From positions 67,520,001 through 67,584,000 of the forward strand of contig NC_058368.1 of the NCBI RefSeq assembly GCF_018350175.1: DNA of 64,000 nucleotides. The letters are read 5' to 3'. Position numbers and translations under genes: made by a program. Below are positions 1 through 12,023 of this stretch, one piece after another; the stretch's first letter is position 1; each line of letters starts with the position of its first letter. The notes below the pieces were generated by a model. The model was not told the DNA's origin, made no database searches, and saw nothing but the letters and a program-made list of their open reading frames with translations. The stretch is from Felis catus (taxonomy: Eukaryota).

Positions 1-3000
1 TCTGTATGTTTGTTATTAATTGATTTATGTATTTGGGTGCTTCACGTTTGGAGCATAAATGTTTACAATTGTTAAGTCTTCTTGGTGGATAGACCCCTTA
101 ATTATGATACATTTCCCTTCTTCATCTCTTATTACAGTCTTTATTTTAAAAAATCTAGTTGTTTGATGTAAGTATGGATACTCTGGCTTTCTTTTGGTGA
201 CTTTTAGTATGATATGGTTCTCCATCCCCTTATGTTCAATCTGAGGGTGTCCTTAGGTGTAAAATGGGTCTCTTGTAAACAGCATATAGATGGATCTTAT
301 TTTCTTATCCATTCTGTTACCCTGTGTCTTTTGATTGGGGCATTTAGTCCATTGACATTTAGAGTGAGTACTTAAAGATACAAATTTATTGCCATAATGT
401 TGCCTGTAGAGTTGGAGTTTCTGGTTGTGTTCTCTGGTCCTTTCTAGTCTTTATTGCTTTTGGACTTTTTTGTTTTTGTTTTTCTGTTTTTTTCATCTTT
501 TCTCAGAGTCCACCTTAAAATTTCAGGGCTGGTTTAGTGGTCATGAACTCCACTAGTTTTTGTTTGTCTGGGAAACTTTTTATCTTTCCTTCTATTTTGA
601 GTGACAACTTTGTTGGATAAGGAATTCTTGGCTTCATATTTTTCTAATTCAGCACATTGAATATATCCTGCCTCTCCTTTCTAGCTTGCCATGTTTCTGT
701 GGATGGGTCTGCTGCAAACCTGATCTGTCTTCCCTTATAGGTTAAGGGCTTTTTTTCCCTTGCTGCTTTCATGATTCTTTCCTTGCCTGAATATTTTGTG
801 AATTTGACTATGATAGTCCTTGCTGATGGTCAGTTTTTGTTGAGTCTAATGGGAGTTTTCTGTGCTTCCTGGATTTTGATGTCTGTGTCGTTCCTTGGTT
901 AGGAAAGTTTTCCACTATGATTTGCTCACATAAACCTTCTACCCCTTTTTCTCTCTCTTCATCTTATGGGACCCCTATGATTCGGATGTTATTCCTTTTT
1001 AATGAGTCACTGAGTTTTCTAATTCTTAAATCGTGTGGTTTTGCCTTAGTGTCTCTCTTGTCTTCTGCTTTATCAGTTTGTCCATAACTTTGTCCTCTGT
1101 ATTGCTGAATTCCTGCTCTGCTTCATCCATCTTTGCTGCTGTGGCACCTATTTGAGATTGTATCTCAGTTATGGCATTTTTAAATTTTGACCTGACTGGA
1201 TTTTACTCTTTTATTTCTGAAAAAAGGAATTCTATGCTTGTTTCCACCCCAGCTAGTATTTTTATTATCGTGATTCTAAATTCTGGTTCAGACATCGTGC
1301 TTGTATCTGTGTTAAGTCCCTGGCTGTCATTTCTTCCTGTTCTTTCTTTTGGGGTGAATTCCTTTGTGTTGTCGTTTTGAAGGAAGGAAAATAATTAGTA
1401 AAGTAAAAAGCAAAATTAAAATTAAAAAATTGAAAACAACACACAAAAAAATCAAATAAAGGATGCTAGATCCTAGGTGTGTTTTCATCTGGTTGTTTTA
1501 AGAACGTTGATAGAATAGAGAAAAAAGGGAAAGAAGAAAAAAAAAGGAAAACATTTGAAAATATAAAAAATGAATACAATAAAATAGAATGAAATGATGA
1601 AAATAAAGTAGAATTTAAAAAATTTACAAAAATAAATACAGTAGAAAAATTAAATATTTTTTATAAAACAAAATAAAAATAGATTTATCTTTCTGTATTC
1701 AAGAATAAGAAAAGAAAAAGGGAAAATAAACTGAATACATGGACCAGTGAACAGAATGAAATACAATTGAAATTATATCCAGTTTCCTCTAGAAGTCAAA
1801 CTACGAAGCACTTTAGAGTCCATAAACTAAGCAGGTGGAGAGACTTGTGTTCCTCTAGAGCAGTTAGCCCAGTTGGACAGGGCTTGGTGTAACACCTTGT
1901 TTTCCACTAGATGGTGCTGCTTAATTACTGGGGTGGATTGTTGTGGCGCGTGTAGGCATGTATGCGCATGTGCAGGAGGGGTGAAAATGGCTTCACCCAG
2001 CTACCCAGTCTCTAGCATCAGAACTCTGCTCTCGTCAACCCGCAGTCTAGCACCCCTCCTTTTTCTGTGGCTTCTGTTCACTCCCCTCTTCTACACTGTA
2101 CGTGACGAACCCATCAGCCTGCCAGGTGGCATGTCCCTTCCGAGTTTTATCTCAAACGGGGCTGTTTCCAAACCCCTCACTTCTGAGGGCCCTGCAGTGT
2201 TGACCTGCTCAGACCCTCTGGGGGGGGGTCTTACTGAGCAATGACTGGGTGCCAGTCCACCCCCAGGAACGTTGGGGCGACTGCGCTGCTGCAGATACCC
2301 CAAGACTGCAACTGGGTTTTGGCTCACCCCAGAAAAACCCCAGAAGAAGTTCACGTGATTGTGTAGCAGCAGGGTTTCAGGGATTATGGTAAATCACAAC
2401 ACGCATCTGGCACCAGGTTTCAGCCTTAATGTCCTTCTTCCAACACCAGTGAACGTGGCTGTTGTCCAGGGTCTGCTGGGACCTTTGCCTGTGGTGAGGC
2501 TGCACAGCCTCTACCCAGTGTCCTCCCAGCAGGGGAACCACCTCTCCCCCTGTGGCCCAAGGACCTCTCAGACCTCATTCTCTCTCCTGGGGATTCATCC
2601 TTCCCACCAGAGCTCTGCCAGATATTGAGCTGCAGGGTTTCAGACTCTGCACTCCCTATAGAGTCAATGTTATTTAAACCCTCTTCTTTCTCCTTTCTCC
2701 CTTTCTTGTTCAGTCACTTGCGGGTATTTCCACTTTTTCTCTTTCTCCCCAGCTGCTCTCAGGGGAAGTGCTTTTCCTGTACTCTCCTCCCTGTCTCCGT
2801 CCTCTCGACACAAATAAAAATAGCTCCTTACCCTCCATGGCTTCTCCCTCCCCCAGTTAACCTCTCTGCACTACGTACTTGCTGAGTTCTGTGGTTCACA
2901 TTGTGCAGATTGCTGTGTTAATCCTCAATTCAGTGTTCTAGGTGTACAAGATGTTTTGGTGTCGATCTTAGCTGCATTTCAGGGACAAGAGAGGCAAGAG

Positions 3001-3038
3001 AAAACCTTCCATGCTGCTCTGCCATCCTGGCCCCTTGT
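1..3038 (-). mobile_element. Carnivore L1: 5'UTR, degraded ORF1 and ORF2 endonuclease start (continues left of window)
   Basis: ORF 25..225(-) KIKTVIRDEEGKCIIIKGSIHQEDLTIVNIYAPN is L1 ORF2 EN-like; ORF1-like sequence ~520-1380; GC-rich 5'UTR with an L1-type start (GGGGCCAGGATGGC on - strand) near 3035. Confidence 0.9.
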
Positions 3039-3230
3039 CCATTTTTAAATTGGATTATTTGTTTTTTGGGTGTTGAGTTTTACAAGTTCTTTATAAACCC
3101 TCTATTAGATATGTCATTTACAGATATCATCTCCAACTTTGTAGGTTGCCTTTTAGTTTTGTTGATTGTTTCCTTTTGCTGTGCAGCAGCTTTTTATTTA
3201 TTTTTTAATATTTTAATGTTTAAAATTTTT

Positions 3231-3633
3231 TTAAATGTTTATTTTTGAGAGAGACAGAGCATGAGTGGGGGAGGGGCAGAGAGAGAGAGGGAGACACAGA
3301 ATCCGAAGCAGGCTTCAGACTCTGAGCTGTCAGTGTAGAGCCTGACACTGGGCTTGAACCCACGAACTGTGAAATCATGACCTGAGCCAAAGTCAGATGC
3401 TTAACCGACTGAGCCACCGAGGAGCCCCAATGTTTGTTTATTTTTGAGAGACACAGAGACAGAACACAAGTGGGGGAGGGGCAGAGAGAGATGGAGACAG
3501 CATCTGAAGCAGACTCTAGGCTCTGAGTTGTCAGCACAGAGCCTGATGTGGGGTCGATCTCACAAACCGAAGTCATGACTTGAGCCAAAATCCAGAGTCG
3601 GACGCTTAACCAACTGAGCCACCCCGGTACCCC
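3231..3633 (-). mobile_element. Two tandem Can-SINEs (SINEC_Fc-type)
   Basis: Two consecutive tRNA-derived heads with (GA)n linkers and T-rich tails: ~3231-3428 and ~3430-3633. Confidence 0.9.
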
Positions 3634-3639
3634 TGAATG

Positions 3640-5160
3640 TTATTATGTTTGTGTTACTACATTTGATGGAGTCATGAGTTCCCTAGGTCTATTCTCATTT
3701 TGCATAATCCTTTTTACTCCCTTTTGTGTTCAACTAGATCGCTTTCCGTTCTTGTCTTCTAGGTCATTAATTCATTCCTCTGCTTCTTCCAGCCTGCTGT
3801 TCATCAAGTGTGTTTCTCATTTAATTTATTGAGCCCTTTATCTCTGCTATGTTATTCTTTATCTCTGTTGTTTCACTCATGTTCTCTTTTCCCAAGTCCA
3901 GTGATTATCCTTAAAGTCTCCCTCCACCAGGCATGTTACTTATATCCGTTTTGCTTTAGATCTCTGGCAATGGCCTTGTCCTATTCTTTCATTTGGGACT
4001 AATTCTTCTATCTTGTCATTGTGTCTAAGTCTCTGTGCCTACTTCTGTGTGCTAGGAAAGGCAACTATCTCCTGTTCTTGAGGGTGATGGCTTTATGAAG
4101 AAGAGGTCCTGTAGTGCTCTGTAGTGTCCCCTGTTCCCCAAGGCCTGGCTCTTCCAGGAGCGTCTCCAGTGTGTACTGCGTGTGCCCTGCTCTTGTGCCC
4201 CTGCTGCTTTATCCTTCAGGCTGGTCATCTCCAGAGCCTTTCTTTGCTTGTTGTGGACATTGCTTGATCCCTGGCCTGAAAGTGGTGAGTTCTAACTAGT
4301 TGTGCTCTGGTCGGCTTGAGAAATGTGACGTGTTGTCGCTGCCGCTGGAACGGAGGCCTTGGAAAGCTCCTGGATGGGGAGATGAGGTGTCAGAAGGGGT
4401 TTGGGCTGGTCTGGGGGAGGGTGCCAGTCACACTGGGACTGAAGTGGGCCTGACTGGGAAGGGCAGTTCTTCTGGTGCGTGGGGGGAAGGGGAGCTTGGT
4501 GTAAGCAAGTTAGGTAGTGAGCGTCCGGGCTCTGTGCTTATGCTCAGGGGCAGGGCAGGGAAATGGTGCTGACCGGTTCCTTTGTTCCCAGAGGGGGCCT
4601 ATGTTTGAATGCTGCTTCTCGGGGACACACTCTGAAATGAGCAGCTAACCTCCCACTGTGTGCCCCTGGTGCTCTTCCAATTGCTGTTTCCATGCTGTAT
4701 GTCCGCAGGCTGTTTGCCCAGCCTTTTCTCCAAGAGCAGTACAATGTGCTCTAAGTTCTCCCAGAGCCAATCACGCTGACCCTAAAATTCTAGGCTGTAA
4801 GCCCCGCTGGTTGTAAGAACCTGCAAAATTCGGGTCCTCTCACTTTCCTAGCCAATTGCTATGGTGATTTATTTTCCCTGCGTGCTCCTCTGTGTGGTAC
4901 TCTGTCTCTTGCCCTTCTCTATGACTCCAGCACTGTCCCCACCACAGTGGCCACAGTCTGTTTGTCTCCCAAAGAGTGTCTTTGCACTTCCTGCCTCTTT
5001 TGAGGTGGCCTCTTCTCCACTCTTAGTTGTGGAGTTTGTTTTTCCTGTCTTCAGATGGATTTTGGGGGTATTGAGGATGACTTCATAGTTATGTAGTTGT
5101 ATTTGTGGGATGAGGCAAGCCTAGGGTTCTCTTACTCCTGCTGTCTCCAGCATCTTTAGC
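3640..5160 (-). mobile_element. Older L1 5' region (ORF1/5'UTR fragment)
   Basis: Typical antisense L1 ORF1-start and 5'UTR motifs (e.g. ttcattcctctgcttcttccagcctgctgtt). Confidence 0.6.
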
Positions 5161-5214
5161 TGTTTTTAAGGTACGAGTACATTCACATTGTTGTGCAACC
5201 ACACGAAATGACAG

Positions 5215-5410
5215 GACAGTTTGTGGCCTCAGCTGGAAAACTCCAAAGATAGTGGTTGGAGTTATCTGAAGCCTTATCTAGTCACGTGGCTGGAGGTTGA
5301 TGCTGGCTGTTGGCAGAGGCCTTAGCTGGGGCTGGTGGCTAGAGCACCTGCCTGTACCTTCTGCATGTGGCCTGGGCTTCCTCACAGCGTGCTGGCTAGG
5401 TGCCAGGGCA
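5215..5410 (-). mobile_element. MLT1 (ERVL-MaLR) LTR fragment
   Basis: gatgctggctgttggc...catgtggcctgggcttcctcacagc is characteristic of MLT1. Confidence 0.65.
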
Positions 5411-6340
5411 AGTATTCTGTAACCCCAAGCCAAAGACTTTCCTACACTGGGGACCTCGTTCTTGCCCATGGTGTTTCTCCACCTTCTCTACCATCAGACG
5501 GGGAGAGGATCACTGGCAGAAGCCACAGTTCCAGGTCATCTTGTTACCCTCACTCCAAAGACCAGGAAAGCCCCAACTCCAAGAGACCTCTCAGACTCCA
5601 GAACACTCCTCCTATGTTTTTTGGTACATTGTTTCCATTATATTCATTCTCAGGACAGTTGTTTGGACCTTGCATTGACTTCTCTCTATAAACAGTTGTA
5701 TGGGATGCCTAGCTTCTAGGTCCAATCTGTGACTGCTGCATTAACTCCATTTGACACAGGTGTTCTGGTATTACTATGGATATCCAAAATTCTAAGAAAA
5801 GGAGCCGAGTAGTACTTTTTCTGGATAAAGAGCTGGCCTGGGCAAAATTGTAAAATAGATAAAGTTTGTCTTTGATGTCCTGTGTACAGATTCTTGTGTC
5901 CTCTTGCTTATCCTGGGACACTATCTCATGACACTCTCTAGGCTCACCATCTTCCACAAAAAAATTCTGTGTTCAAGATTTATACCATCTCCTTGCTTCA
6001 GTGCTCTTATGCCCCCCAGTACAGTAGTATTTGAGGAACAGTGGCTAATTTTAGGATATTTACATAAAACACGGATAGATTTCTATTCCTTATAATATAA
6101 GCAAGTGCCTGTGCCACCACTTACATGTTAGGCAGTGTTGGGGGCAGGTATAGAGCTACAGGGCTCATCCTGAGTCAGGAAGGACTGAGAGTGGATCATA
6201 TTTGTCATGGCTGCTGCTTTTTTTTTGAGGTCATTGGCCAGATTCCCTGGCTCCTAATAAATGGGGAGAAGGGGGAAGAGATTGGTTGTATTTAAGATCA
6301 TACCTACAGTTAGCTGTGTAAATTGGAAGCTGCTTGTATA

Positions 6341-6664
6341 CAGTTGACCCTTGAACAACATGGGTTTGAACTGCATGGGTTCACTTACATGTACATTTAT
6401 TTTGATAAATACAGTACAGTAGTGTAAATGTATTTTTTCTTTCCTAGGATTTAAATTTTGTTCTTTAGCTTACCTTATTGTAACAATACAATGTATAATA
6501 TATATACAAAATCTGTGTTAATCCACTGTTCATGTTATGGGTGAGGCTTCCGGTCAGCACTGGCTACTATTAGTTAAGTTTTTGGGGAATCAACAACTAT
6601 ATGCAGATTTTCTTTTGTGTAGGGGGTCAGTGCCCTAATCCCGACATTGTTCAAGGGTCATCTG
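6341..6664. mobile_element. Tigger2-family non-autonomous DNA transposon (Tigger2a_Car-like)
   Basis: TIRs cagttgacccttgaacaa ... ttgttcaagggtcatctg; TA on the left flank. Confidence 0.85.
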
Positions 6665-6974
6665 TTCTGATGATGCTAGTCATATAACTGTGGGCCCACG
6701 TAGTCAGAATCTTGAAAGCAGGTATTTTTGAAACTTCCACGTCTTGAAATAGGTGCATCTCCCTTAGCTTCACCTAAGGAGTTGGAAGCAGGTTGTTAGC
6801 CTAGAAAATGGCTTAGTCCTTTGCAAAGACAACTAGTGTAAGATGCTGTATATGTGGATTGCTTAAGTCCTTTGGTTATAAATTCATGAACTGTAAGTCT
6901 GGCCTCCATTTTTATTTACATGCAGACTGCTTAGCCATAGCCCCTTCTTTTCTTTTTAAAAGTGCATGGTTTCA

Positions 6975-7076
6975 GGGGCACCTGGCTGGCTCATTTGGTA
7001 GAGCCTCCAACTCTTGCTTTTAGGGTCATGAGTTTGAGCCCCATGTTGGGTATAGAGATTACTGAGAAAAATAAAA
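6975..7076 (+). mobile_element. Short old Can-SINE
   Basis: ggggcacctggctggctca head, A-rich tail, degenerate TSD aaaa(g)tgcatggtt. Confidence 0.8.
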
Positions 7077-8540
7077 ATGCATGGTTACAGGGGAGACTGC
7101 GAAGCTCCCTGCTCTGTGGGGATTAGCACATTTACCAATCAGCTTAGATTTAGCACATTTGCATATCATATATTACTGGGCAAAACATCGTACCACTTGT
7201 ATCTTGGCAACACTGGGACTTCCTCTAGGAAATACCAAGGAATCCATGAGCTTAATAGGAGATGGAGAAATGGAAATATTTACAGTAGTTCAGCAGCATT
7301 ATGCCGCAGAAAAAGATACATTACAAGCTAATTTCCAAATGATCAAAAGCTTTAAGTATTGGAAAAAATATTAAGGAAAAAAATTGGGACAGACACCAGG
7401 TGTGGGAGATGTAGCTGGAACAGAAGTCCAGGGGCAGGAGAATGATGGGGTCCTTTGCTTTTCCAGTGGTGACAGGCACATCTGACTGGACAGAGGGGAA
7501 GTTTGGATAGGGGGAAGAAAGACATTTGATAGGTTTTTGTGTGACCTCAAATATTGAAGTGACTTCTTTAAGAGAAATAAAAACAAACCCAAGTATTTAT
7601 CATGTTACAACAGAGACAGACTAAGTACATGGAACAAGGCCTATATTTATGTCTGTCTACTCCAGGGCTTAAATACGGTTGGTGAGATCTCCTGACTATT
7701 GATAGAGAAATTATAGTGCACGATTTAGAATTTCATAGTCTGACAAACTGAAATTCTCTCTTTGTATTTTACTGTTGACACTATCTCTTTTCCAAGTGAA
7801 AAATTCAACACCTATGTATACAGCACATTGATATATAGCTTCAGTTAGTGTGCAGGCCATGTTATGTCCATGTTATGGACTTCCTAGAGGAAGTCCCAGT
7901 GTACAGAATTAAACCTCTACACTATTTAAATCAGCCTAAAATGTAATGGTTGAGCTTGCCCTCAGTCTAATGTTGGAATGCAGTCTACTGTAGGAAGTAG
8001 TTACATGCATGGAGTTTGACTTTAATAATATCAGAAATAGCTCACTGTTTTCTTACATGATGAGGCTATATTATAAGAGTTCTTGGATAAGGTCGTTGTC
8101 TTAAGAATGAATATGTAGAAAACAAGGTGGTAGAAAATTTATGATTTCCATTGTCTTTATTAGGACAGTCTCAAAGCAGGGAAACATTCCCCCTTACATG
8201 CGATTATGAGAAATTTCAAATACAGAAAGAAGTAGAAAGAATTTTACAGTAAGCACTCATGTCCTCACTATCTAGATTCTGAAGTTAATATTTTATTATG
8301 TTTTGTCATATTTAATCTGCCTGTCCCTCTATTTTTCTGTCAGTTCATCTTTTTTAGATGCATTTCAAAACAATGTAGACTTTAGTTTACTTTTCCCCAA
8401 ATACTTCAACTGGCATATCATTAACTAGAATTTGTTTACTGTTTTCCTTTTTATTCCTTATTGAGGGAGAATAGTTTTAGATACAATGAAATGCACAAAT
8501 CTTAGGGATACCAATCCTGAGTTCTGATACCCATGTCATC

Positions 8541-9014
8541 TATTAAAAAGAAAATTATTTGTGACACTTGTTAAAGACCTTAAGGAAGGCTTTATTCTTG
8601 TGAAGGGGAGTGGCTAATCACCATAGGTGTAGGGACCACTACTGCAGTGAGGGGGAGACTGGGTTCAACTCTGACACCAACAAGGACAAGTGGGGATTTA
8701 TAACCAAGGAGCATCGTGGGGGTCACTGGATGGAAAATTACCAAGAGGAAACGTCATGGAAAGGGGGGATTCTTGCTAGATGGACTCAATTGGATTCTTG
8801 CTGATGGCAGGCCAGGGTAGGGAATGAGAAAATTGATCAGATACAAATTCAAATTTGGTCAGATACCAAAATCAGGGAGATGTTAGGTAAACTGACTTAG
8901 CAGGATTCTTGCTCAAACTGGATTCTATAACAACCAAGAGGAAAACCCAAGGTCAGGCCCTTAGAAAGAGGTCTCAGAGGAGCCTGACTAAAATTTTGGT
9001 TAAAGAGAGTGTCA
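8541..9014 (-). mobile_element. ERV1 solo LTR, MER31-like
   Basis: Ends ...cagaggagcctgactaaaattttggttaaagagagtgtca (reverse complement of a MER31-like start); repeated ggattcttgct motifs. Confidence 0.7.
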
Positions 9015-9172
9015 AATGCAAACTCCTATCAAGATGCAGAACATTACATTTTCTTCTTGTCCCTTACCAATCAGTCCCAATCCACTGCTCAGGCAGCCCT
9101 TGTCCTGATTTTCCTCATTTAGTTTTTCCGATTCTAGATCTTCATATTAATAGAACCATATCGTATGTCCTC

Positions 9173-9366
9173 TTTTTTTTAATGTTTATTTTTGAGAGAG
9201 TGTGCATGAGCGCAAGCGGGCAGAGAGGGAGACACAGAATCTGAAGCAGGCTCCAGGCTCTGAGCTGTCAGCACAGAGCCTGACGTGGGGCTTGAATTTA
9301 CAAACCATGAGATCATGACCTGAGTAGAAGTCGGATGCTTAACCCACTGAGCCACCTAGGCGCCCC
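9173..9366 (-). mobile_element. Can-SINE
   Basis: SINEC body ending ...gagccacctaggcgcccc; T-rich tail on the left. Confidence 0.9.
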
Positions 9367-9636
9367 TCTTTAACTTCTAATACTGATAGTTTTGTAATTC
9401 TTTTTTTCCTTCTTAATATAGCTTGAGTTTGGCCAAATTTATTGGTCTTTTAAAGGCAACAACTTTAGGGATTTATTAATGTTTTCTATGATTTTCCTTT
9501 ATTTCATTGATTTCTTCTTTGTTTCCTTCCTTTGACTTATTTTGGGTTTACTTTGTGCTTTTCTGGCTTTTTGTGGTTGAATTGCCAACTGATTTTAGGT
9601 CTCTCTCTCTCTTTTTTCCTTCAGTATAAGCATTTA

Positions 9637-9849
9637 AATTTTTAATGTTTTTATTTATTTTTGAGACAGAGAGAGAGACAGCGCATGAGTAGGGGAGGAG
9701 CAGAAAGAGAGGGAGACACAGAATCCAAAGCAGGCTCCAGGCTCTGAGCTGTCAGCACAGAGCCTGACGTGGGGCTCAAACTCACGGACTGTGAGATCAT
9801 GGCCTGAGCCAAAGTTGGATGCCCAACCGACTGAGCCACCCAGGCGCCC
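9637..9849 (-). mobile_element. Can-SINE
   Basis: Full SINEC with TSD ttca(g/a)tataagcatttaaa. Confidence 0.9.
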
Positions 9850-11138
9850 TTCAATATAAGCATTTAAAGCTGTACGTCTCATATTTTGTTTTCATTATCA
9901 TTTGGTTTGAAATGTATTCTAATTCCCTTCTTTTTTGACACATGGATTATTTGGATTTTTTTTAAATTTTGAAATGTTTGGTGGTATCTTATTAATTTTA
10001 TGTGGTCACTGTACATACTTCATGTGATTTCCTTCCTTTTAAATTTATGTAGACCTGTCTTTTAGTCCAGTATGGTGTCTGTTTTTGCTGACTGTTCTGT
10101 GTGAACTTGAAAATAATGTGTATCTGCAGTTGTTGCGTGTAATGTTTGTTAGTTTTCCCATCAATTGCTGAGAGAGGAGAGTTTTCAAGATCTTTAATTA
10201 CCTGTTGTGAAGGTTGCAAACTTTCTTATCTTTCCCTTTAATACTGTCCATTTTTCCTTTAAGCACTTTGAAGGTCTGCTATTAGCAACGCACGCATCTG
10301 TGACTGCTAAATTCTGCTCGTGAACACCGCTTCCTGTCTCATATCCCCTCCTACCAAGTCCAGAAAGGAGTATTTCAGTATTCTCAAAAAACTCAGAGGA
10401 AGAATTATTTTTTACCCCAGATTTTTATATATAGCAAACTATCAATTAAGGTAGTTTTTTGTAATTATTTGGAAATTTTCCTTTTCAGTTCCATATCTCT
10501 GTGGAAAGCCTGTGGCTTTATTTCTCTGTGAAAATTGTTCTGTTTAGTTTTTCTTTTAGCATCAGTTTGTGTTACTCATTTGAGTTTTCAAATTTAGCAA
10601 AGTAGTAGTCTCATTATTTTAATTTCTTCTATCTTATTTGTCACTTATTTCTTATTTTTGGTTTTGATCCTGCTTTCTTTTCCTGATTAGGTTAGAGATA
10701 TGTATTGATTTTTGCCAAGAACTAAGCCTTTTGACTTACCAGTTCTTTTTCTTCTTCATCCCTCCTTTGGTTGTGGTTTCTCTAGCTTTCTCCTTGGTAA
10801 GTTCATCCTCGAGGGGTTCCTAGGAAAATTTATTTTCTCATTTCTTTTACGTTTGTATCTTTATTCTTAAAAGGATGGTTTGGTTAGATAAGAAAATCCT
10901 TTGCTCACACTTTTTCTGTATCTTGAAGTTATTGTTCCATTGTCCCCTGGCACAGAATATTGCTCTGGAAAATCTGGGGCCAGGTTCAAAGAGCCCTCAT
11001 CTTTCAAATGTATAATTAGACTAGCCAGCATAGGTCTTCCTCTTTACTGTTACCATCCAGTTTGCCCTGACACCTAGTGTGCCCTTTCCTGAAATAACAA
11101 ATGAATTTACAGATTGAAAATGTCTTAAATTTAATCTG

Positions 11139-11360
11139 GGGGCACCTGGGTGGTTCAGTTGGTTAGGTGACCGACTTCAGCTCAGGTCATGATCTCGCAG
11201 TTTGTGAGTTCGAGCCCCGCGTTGGGCTCTGTGCTGACAGCTCAGAGCCTGGAGCCTGCTTCGGATTCTGTGTCTCCCCCTCTCTCTATCCCTCCCCTGC
11301 TCACACTCTGTGTCTCTCTGTCTCTCAATAATAAATAAACTTTAAAAAAATTTTAAAAAT
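11139..11360 (+). mobile_element. Can-SINE
   Basis: ggggcacctgggtggttcag head, CT linker, AATAAA/A-rich tail. Confidence 0.9.
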
Positions 11361-11829
11361 ATTTGAATTGTTCTACTGGTTTGGTTTTCTCCTTCTGAGA
11401 TCTAATTATGTGTAGGTTGTATTCCCTTTGCTTGTCGGGTATGGCTGCTGTTTTTTCTCTAGTCTTCTTAAACTCTTTATTTCCATTTCATTTTGTTAGA
11501 TCCTTATTTTTTTCCATGTGATGCTGCTTCCGGTGCTCCTTCTCATTTCATCTGTAATTCTACGATAGTTGTGATCTTCTTGAGTATTGACTACTCACAT
11601 TTTTGTCTCCTCTTTGTCTCATTCTCTCTTTGCTGAGTTCTTATTCTGCTTTGTGATTACCCTTACAAGAGGGGATTGGATAAGTTCTAAAAATTCATGG
11701 CATGTTTGCTCAGAATTCTCATGTGTTCGGCTACTGTTCTGATGTGTGTTCATCAGGTAAGTCTTGGTGCTCTTTTCCTGTCTCTATTTAAAAGCTGTCC
11801 TTGAATTGATGCTATACCATTTTCTTAAA

Positions 11830-12023
11830 AATCTATTTTGAGAGAGAGAGAGAGAGCGAGCGCATGAGCAGGGGAGGGGCAGAGAGAGAGAGAGGATCCC
11901 AAGCAGGCTCCAAGCTATCAGCATGGAGCCCGACATGGGGCTCGAACCTAGGAAGTGTGAGACCATGACCTGAGCTGAAACCAAGAGTCAGGCACTTAAC
12001 TGACTGAGCCACCCAGGCGCCCC
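11830..12023 (-). mobile_element. Can-SINE
   Basis: SINEC body; TSD gatgct(a/g)taccatt. Confidence 0.9.

Noticed and set aside
11500..11762. Perfect donor CAG|gtaagt at 11757 suggesting a cryptic DNAJC3 exon
   Set aside because: Lies in old repeat-like sequence; candidate acceptors give 43 or 257 nt, both out of frame; such pseudo-sites are common.
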